Below the pieces are notes generated by a model that saw nothing but the letters and a program-made list of their open reading frames with translations, had not been told where the DNA came from and made no database searches. A stretch of DNA of 24,306 nt, from the NCBI GenBank assembly GCA_035331745.1, contig DAOLKF010000055.1:3961-28266 (forward strand), in the 5' to 3' direction. The position numbers and the translations under genes were made by a program. Positions 19,205 through 24,306 of the stretch are shown piece by piece. This DNA is from Leptospiraceae bacterium. GTDB lineage: Bacteria > Spirochaetota > Leptospiria > Leptospirales > Leptospiraceae. Each line of letters begins with the position of its first letter. Position 1 is the stretch's first letter.

Positions 19205-20452
19205 TTATATAATTGGAAACCGAATCCAGACACAAACATCTTTCATATTTCCTTCTTTTCGCATATTATTATCTGTTGTATAAAATGCAATATTTCCTCT
19301 GTGCAAGTCAATAATCTTATTAACAACCGTTAGTCCCAAACCGAAGCGAAATGTCTCCTGCATAAATCTATCGTCAACAACGTTTGTCAATCTAAAAAAA
19401 GGCTCAAAGATTTTATGTGCATTACTCTCAGTAATACCGATAGTTCCATCTGAATTTTTGTAGGCAGGATTTAAGATTCGAATCCCAATATCAGATTTAT
19501 CATGCGAAAAAAGAATGTAGATTGTGTCACCATCTTCTGAATATTTGATAGCATTTGTAATTAATTCTTCAAATACTAATTTGACATTTGGAAGATCTGC
19601 TATTATTTTATGTGTGACTAAATCTCTTGGAAAATCACCCATTACTATTTTTTGTTTTTTGATAGCTGCGACATTTTTCATGTCCTTTACAATGCTTACT
19701 AATGTAGTATAAAAATCTTTTAATACTACTTCTTTTGTATAATAATTCTTTTCGGATAAAATAGATTGAGTCTTGGTTAAACTATCGCTTAATTTTAATA
19801 TTTCTTCGTAATTATCTTTTAATAGATGATAGACTTTCTCATGAACGAGATACATTTTTTTTTCTTCATCTAACTTGGCTTTTGCAAACATAATACTGAG
19901 AGTGCTTATCAAAGATCCCAATCCACTACCGTGAAAAAAGCTTATATTGATTTGATGAATTAATTCATTTGCTAAAGACTCAACTTTCCTAGTGTCTAAT
20001 TCCTTTCGCCAATCGAAAACTTTTATCATGGACTCGAAGACTTGTTTTTCATTCGATTTGAAGTCTGAAATCTTTGACATGACTCTTCCATAAGTCATTG
20101 CTTTGGAAAGAGTAAAGAGTAGTTTTATTTTATAAATTGGATACCCAATTAAATCATAAACATGGTAATTTTCTACCATAGTTAAAAACTCATCACTATT
20201 CTCTCGATCTACAATTAAAATTACCAATTGAAATGGAAAATCCGAAAGTAAGTCGGCTAAGTCATTCTGATTTTCTTTGGATGAATCTAAAAAGTCATAT
20301 AAAAGTAGAGATGTTTCACTTTCTCCTAAATGACTTCTCAATTTATCAACGTTATCTGTCACAGTAAGAATATACAATGATTCACTTATAAATTTCTTTA
20401 CATCTGCGATTAACGCTTTATTCTTTGAATAGAGTATCAGTTTATCAGACAT
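19205..20452 (-). CDS. atypical receiver-like / GHKL-ATPase domain protein (histidine-kinase-like, no canonical H-box seen)
   Basis: 415 aa. The first 120 aa have receiver-like alternating beta/alpha hydrophobic periodicity but lack the DD and phospho-Asp signature. The C-terminus has N-box EELITNAIKYS and G-box FGLGLTVVNKI of HATPase_c. No HE(L/I)RTP phospho-His motif found. Overlaps the cheB stop by 8 nt. Confidence 0.55.
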   Translation of the reverse strand: MSDKLILYSKNKALIADVKKFISESLYILTVTDNVDKLRSHLGESETSLLLYDFLDSSKENQNDLADLLSDFPFQLVILIVDRENSDEFLTMVENYHVYDLIGYPIYKIKLLFTLSKAMTYGRVMSKISDFKSNEKQVFESMIKVFDWRKELDTRKVESLANELIHQINISFFHGSGLGSLISTLSIMFAKAKLDEEKKMYLVHEKVYHLLKDNYEEILKLSDSLTKTQSILSEKNYYTKEVVLKDFYTTLVSIVKDMKNVAAIKKQKIVMGDFPRDLVTHKIIADLPNVKLVFEELITNAIKYSEDGDTIYILFSHDKSDIGIRILNPAYKNSDGTIGITESNAHKIFEPFFRLTNVVDDRFMQETFRFGLGLTVVNKIIDLHRGNIAFYTTDNNMRKEGNMKDVCVWIRFPII

Positions 20453-21524
20453 AGGATCCAGTATAATTCAAATATGTTTTTAATTTGGGAACCATCTGAG
20501 AAAGAGCTAATTGCTCTTCTACAGCACCTATATCATAGGCAGCTTTCGGCATTCCATATATCAAACAAGAATGCTCTGACTCACCAAGTGTCCTTGAACC
20601 TGCATCTCTCATTGCAAGTAGTCCTTTTGCCCCATCTGCTCCCATTCCCGTCAGTATAACACCGATTGTCTCAGGTGCAAGTTTATTCTCTACAATGGAA
20701 TAAAATAGAACATCCACAGAGGGACGATGACCATTTACTTTATCAGATCGTGTGAGACCAACTGTATGATTGATACCATTTCTTTTGTTTACTACTAAAT
20801 GATAATCGCCTGGAGCTACATAGATTCTTCCAGGTTGAATTGGATCTTGGTCTTTTGCCTCTCTCACATCCAATCCATAATCTTTAGAAACCCCTTTCGC
20901 AAAAGTTGCCGTGAATCCAGGAGGCATGTGCTGCGTAATTACAATACATGGAAAATCCTTTGGAACAGTTGATAGAACTTGTCGTATAGCAGTCACTCCA
21001 CCAGTCGATGCGCCAATCGCGATTAGATTGTATTTACTCTTGGGTCTCTTTGCATTGGAAGGTGGTGGAGTTGCTGTCAACGCTTTGTATTTTAGGTGAG
21101 TCAACCATCGATTCATATCTACAAAAGCAGCTGCTTTGATTTTTTGAATTAATTCATCTTGTGTATTTTCTAAAGTGATCGCTCCGCCGTCTGGCTTCGT
21201 AACAAAATCAATTGCTCCATTTTGCATAGCTTGAATTGCTCTCTCGGAGCCTTCTTCTGTTGTGCTACTTACCATGATCACAGGAATTGGATATTGAGGC
21301 ATCAGTTTACTTAAAAACTCTACTCCGTCCATTCTAGGCATTTCTACATCTAGTGTCAAAACATCTGGTTCTACTTCTGGAATAAGTTCACTTGCTTCAA
21401 ATGGATTGGATGCTTCACCAACCACCTCTAATTGAGGATCTGTGGCAAGCATCTTCTTGATTACATTTCGAATTACCCTTTGATCATCAACAACGAATAC
21501 TTTTATCTTACGGTTATTGTCCAT
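20445..21524 (-). CDS. cheB: chemotaxis response regulator protein-glutamate methylesterase
   Basis: 359 aa. N-terminal receiver (KVFVVDDQRVIRN...LTLDVEMPRMDGVEF...VIMVSS) plus C-terminal methylesterase with catalytic motifs (IAIGASTGG, active-site His/Asp region GMGADG). Confidence 0.9.
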   Translation of the reverse strand: MDNNRKIKVFVVDDQRVIRNVIKKMLATDPQLEVVGEASNPFEASELIPEVEPDVLTLDVEMPRMDGVEFLSKLMPQYPIPVIMVSSTTEEGSERAIQAMQNGAIDFVTKPDGGAITLENTQDELIQKIKAAAFVDMNRWLTHLKYKALTATPPPSNAKRPKSKYNLIAIGASTGGVTAIRQVLSTVPKDFPCIVITQHMPPGFTATFAKGVSKDYGLDVREAKDQDPIQPGRIYVAPGDYHLVVNKRNGINHTVGLTRSDKVNGHRPSVDVLFYSIVENKLAPETIGVILTGMGADGAKGLLAMRDAGSRTLGESEHSCLIYGMPKAAYDIGAVEEQLALSQMVPKLKTYLNYTGSYV

Positions 21525-23343
21525 GTTGAATTTCTGATTCTTTGTTCTCTCTGTAATAATTATTAATAAAGAATCTAATATCTAATATCATCCCAATATT
21601 CCCACTTCCTAAAATCGTGCAACCGGAAAACCCTTTTGTTCCTTTGAGATAGTCTGGGATTGGCTTAATCACTACAGATTGATTTCCAATAATCCCATCA
21701 AACACAAGAGCAAGCGAACTATTTTTATATTCTACAATAATAACATAAAGGCATTTATCATAAGAAGCATTATTTGGCTCTAATTCTGGATTTAATAATT
21801 TCTCAACGGAAACAACCGGAATCAAATGATCTCTAAATCGAATCACTCGTTTGTCTTGGTCAACATAATCAATATTTGACTCAGCTAGATTCAAGGTCTC
21901 TTTCACATCGATTGTTGGAATAATGTAGAATACTCCATTATATGTTACCACCATTCCCTCAATAATGGCGATCGTAAGAGGTAATTTCAAAATAAAGGAA
22001 GCCCCTTTATCTTTTTGAGTTTTGACTTCTACTTCTCCATTTATCTTAGCAATATTTCGGCGAACTATATCTAGACCAACGCCACGACCTGATATGTCAG
22101 TCACTTTATCACTTGTGGAAAATCCTGGTTGAAAAATAAAATCCCAGATCTTTTCTTCTTTTAAATTTTCCTCTTCGCCTTCGCGAATTAAGCCACGATT
22201 TTTTGCTTTATTTAAAATCTTATCTTTATCAAGTCCAGCACCGTCATCTGAAATAATGATCCAAACTTCATTTCCGGCATGAATCGCTTCAATCCTTATA
22301 TTGCCTGATTCTAATTTGCCTTTTGCTAATCTTTCTTGTCCTGTTTCTAATCCATGATCAATACAGTTTCTAATAATATGCACAAGAGGATCTGTTAGTA
22401 TCTCTAACGCATTTTTATCTATCTCTGTTTCTTTACCTGTCACTTGTAAACTAACTTTCTTCCCAGTCTTTTGCGCTAAATCTCTGACAAGTCTTTCCAT
22501 TTTATTAAAAAGACCTTCGAGGGTAATCATTCTTAGCTGCAAAGATATTTCTTGTAAATTTCGAACAACTTTTCTTAAGTAAGAGGATTGAATTGAAAAA
22601 TTAGGTAGCTCTAAATCTTTAATATCTGGATTTTGAGTCACTAGGGATTCTGCAATTACCAACTCCCCAATCATATCTAATAAATAATCTAATTTATCTG
22701 TTTCAATTCGAATGTCTTTCTTAACGGCAGAAGCCGTTAGATTTAGACCATTCCCATTTGGTTCTTTGGATGGATTCGTTTTAACTTCCGGATTTTGCTG
22801 ACTTTCTTTTGGTTTCTCCGGCAAATTATCATTAACCGCCACTTCCTCAAGAGATGGCGTTGGAATATTTAAATCTATTTTTTTCTTTTTAAATATTCCA
22901 AACCGAGGTTCATCTTCTTTCGGTTGCGTATTTTCCGGTTTTAAATTTTCTTTTATATAAAAAAGCTTTGGAATTAAAATATCTGCTTTTTCTTTATAAC
23001 TTTCATCTGTTTTCTTTTCATTTAGATTCGAGAATATTTCATAAAGGGTGTCTCGTGTCTCCATAAACAACTGAATCATCTTTTGATTTAAATGTGAGTT
23101 ATCATTTCTCACAATTTCCAAAAGTGACTCAGCTGAATGAGCTAACGTTACGATCACGTTAAAATTAAAGAATCCGGCATTTCCTTTGAGTGTATGAAAA
23201 TACCTAAATAAGGAATTTACTTTATCTGGATCCACAGAAGATGTGTTTAAATCTTTTTCTAGCTGAATCAGAATTCCTTCTGCTTTATCTAGAATTTCCT
23301 GTGAATCGAGAACGAGATCTGAGAGTTCGTTTTCCCCTAACAT
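21514..23343 (-). CDS. cheA: chemotaxis histidine kinase CheA
   Basis: 609 aa. Hpt/P1 with FHTLKGNAGF phospho-His motif. HATPase (DDGAGLD, GRGVGLDIV). C-terminal CheW-like P5 domain. Overlaps the cheB start by 11 nt. Confidence 0.9.
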   Translation of the reverse strand: MLGENELSDLVLDSQEILDKAEGILIQLEKDLNTSSVDPDKVNSLFRYFHTLKGNAGFFNFNVIVTLAHSAESLLEIVRNDNSHLNQKMIQLFMETRDTLYEIFSNLNEKKTDESYKEKADILIPKLFYIKENLKPENTQPKEDEPRFGIFKKKKIDLNIPTPSLEEVAVNDNLPEKPKESQQNPEVKTNPSKEPNGNGLNLTASAVKKDIRIETDKLDYLLDMIGELVIAESLVTQNPDIKDLELPNFSIQSSYLRKVVRNLQEISLQLRMITLEGLFNKMERLVRDLAQKTGKKVSLQVTGKETEIDKNALEILTDPLVHIIRNCIDHGLETGQERLAKGKLESGNIRIEAIHAGNEVWIIISDDGAGLDKDKILNKAKNRGLIREGEEENLKEEKIWDFIFQPGFSTSDKVTDISGRGVGLDIVRRNIAKINGEVEVKTQKDKGASFILKLPLTIAIIEGMVVTYNGVFYIIPTIDVKETLNLAESNIDYVDQDKRVIRFRDHLIPVVSVEKLLNPELEPNNASYDKCLYVIIVEYKNSSLALVFDGIIGNQSVVIKPIPDYLKGTKGFSGCTILGSGNIGMILDIRFFINNYYRENKESEIQHGQ

Positions 23344-23355
23344 TTTACCCCTATG

Positions 23356-23841
23356 CTATATCTTTACATCTTTCTCATGGATAAACTTATTCAAATTGAT
23401 TAGAATTTTTAATGTATCTCCAGCCTTTCCAATCGAATCGATAAATCTTTCCATGTCCGCTTCCTCAAATCCGGGTGAGGGCTCTATCGAATCAGATGGA
23501 ATTTTCAATACTTCCTTCACTCCATCTACTATCAACCCTGCACTTAAATTGTTAAAACTCATGATTAATATACACGTAAACTCTGTATACTCTATCGCAG
23601 GCAATCCAAATCGCAACCGAACATCTATCACTGGAATTATCTTTCCTCTCAGATTGATTACTCCCTTCACATAATTCGGTAGATTCGGAACATATGTTAT
23701 CGGCTGAAACGCTATGATCTCTATCAGATATCGTATCTCTATTCCATATTCTCTTCCATCTATGAAAAAGATGATATACAGATTCTCCATCGTATCACCC
23801 GATTCCTCCGTTAGATCTATTTCCGTTGCTGTATTTGACAT
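23356..23841 (-). CDS. cheW: chemotaxis coupling protein CheW
   Basis: 161 aa, single CheW-like domain (YIIFFIDGREYGIEIRYLIEII...GLIVDGVKEVLKIP). Confidence 0.88.
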   Translation of the reverse strand: MSNTATEIDLTEESGDTMENLYIIFFIDGREYGIEIRYLIEIIAFQPITYVPNLPNYVKGVINLRGKIIPVIDVRLRFGLPAIEYTEFTCILIMSFNNLSAGLIVDGVKEVLKIPSDSIEPSPGFEEADMERFIDSIGKAGDTLKILINLNKFIHEKDVKI

Positions 23842-23849
23842 AGACCCTC

Positions 23850-24306
23850 CTATTTCAAGTCAATCTTCTTCTTCCCTGAGGACGATGATTGTTGCTCTCT
23901 CTTCTTATCATCTTTCGACTTCTTAATCGAAAATCGCTTCACCATCGTCTGGAAGGCTTCCGCTTGACTTGATAACTCAAGACTTGCAGCTGAACTCTCT
24001 TCCGCTGTCGCTGCTGCACTCATCGTCACTTGCGATATCTGGTTGATTCCACTCGTCGTCTGCACTACAGAAGAAGACTGTTCTATCGATGCACTTGCAA
24101 TATCCTTCACTAGTTCGGTTACTTCCACTACTCCGTTCGTCATCTTGCCTAGCTCGGTTGCTGTTCGATTCGCTATCTCCATCCCAGCTCGAACTGTCTT
24201 GATCGATCCTTCTATCATCTTCGTTGTCTCTTTCGCTGCATTCGCACTTCTAGATGCTAGGTTTCTCACTTCTTCTGCTACTACGTTAAAGCCCTTGCCA
24301 TGCTGT
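23850..24306 (-). CDS. mcp: methyl-accepting chemotaxis protein, C-terminal signalling domain only (5' part beyond window edge)
   Basis: Frame is open to the window end. Reverse-strand translation gives ...HGKGFNVVAEEVRNLASRSANAAKETTKMIEGS..., the highly conserved MCP signalling hairpin (GRGFAVVADEVRKLAERSA-type). Followed by a methylation-helix-like AAATAEESSAASLELSSQAEAF. Confidence 0.85.
   Translation of the reverse strand, partial: QHGKGFNVVAEEVRNLASRSANAAKETTKMIEGSIKTVRAGMEIANRTATELGKMTNGVVEVTELVKDIASASIEQSSSVVQTTSGINQISQVTMSAAATAEESSAASLELSSQAEAFQTMVKRFSIKKSKDDKKREQQSSSSGKKKIDLK

Overview
AT-rich bacterial chromosomal window. Gene content (rpmH-rnpA-yidD-yidC-jag-mnmE, split pntAA/pntAB/pntB, AT-rich codon usage) suggests a spirochete, possibly Leptospira-like, but this is inference and not verifiable here. 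Positions 1-13285 are a plus-strand run of core genes: a partial NHL-repeat beta-propeller protein, a lysine-rich secreted hypothetical, a three-gene proton-translocating transhydrogenase operon followed by a membrane-anchored PilZ protein, then rpmH-rnpA-yidD-yidC-jag-mnmE, malic enzyme, clpS and a 3-hydroxyisobutyrate-dehydrogenase-like oxidoreductase. A 620-bp ORF-free, GC-richer stretch (1717-2337) precedes pntAA. Positions 13278-24306 are a single minus-strand, tightly packed cluster: mcp (partial) - cheW - cheA - cheB - atypical receiver-like/GHKL ATPase protein - cheY - an 832-aa protein with clear full-length similarity to eukaryotic major vault protein (MVP) - a 127-aa signal-peptide protein made of six 16-aa Cys-containing tandem repeats - an 818-aa hybrid sensor kinase/response regulator. 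The standout is the bacterial MVP homolog embedded in a chemosensory-type operon. It is a candidate chemosensory-regulated vault-like assembly system.
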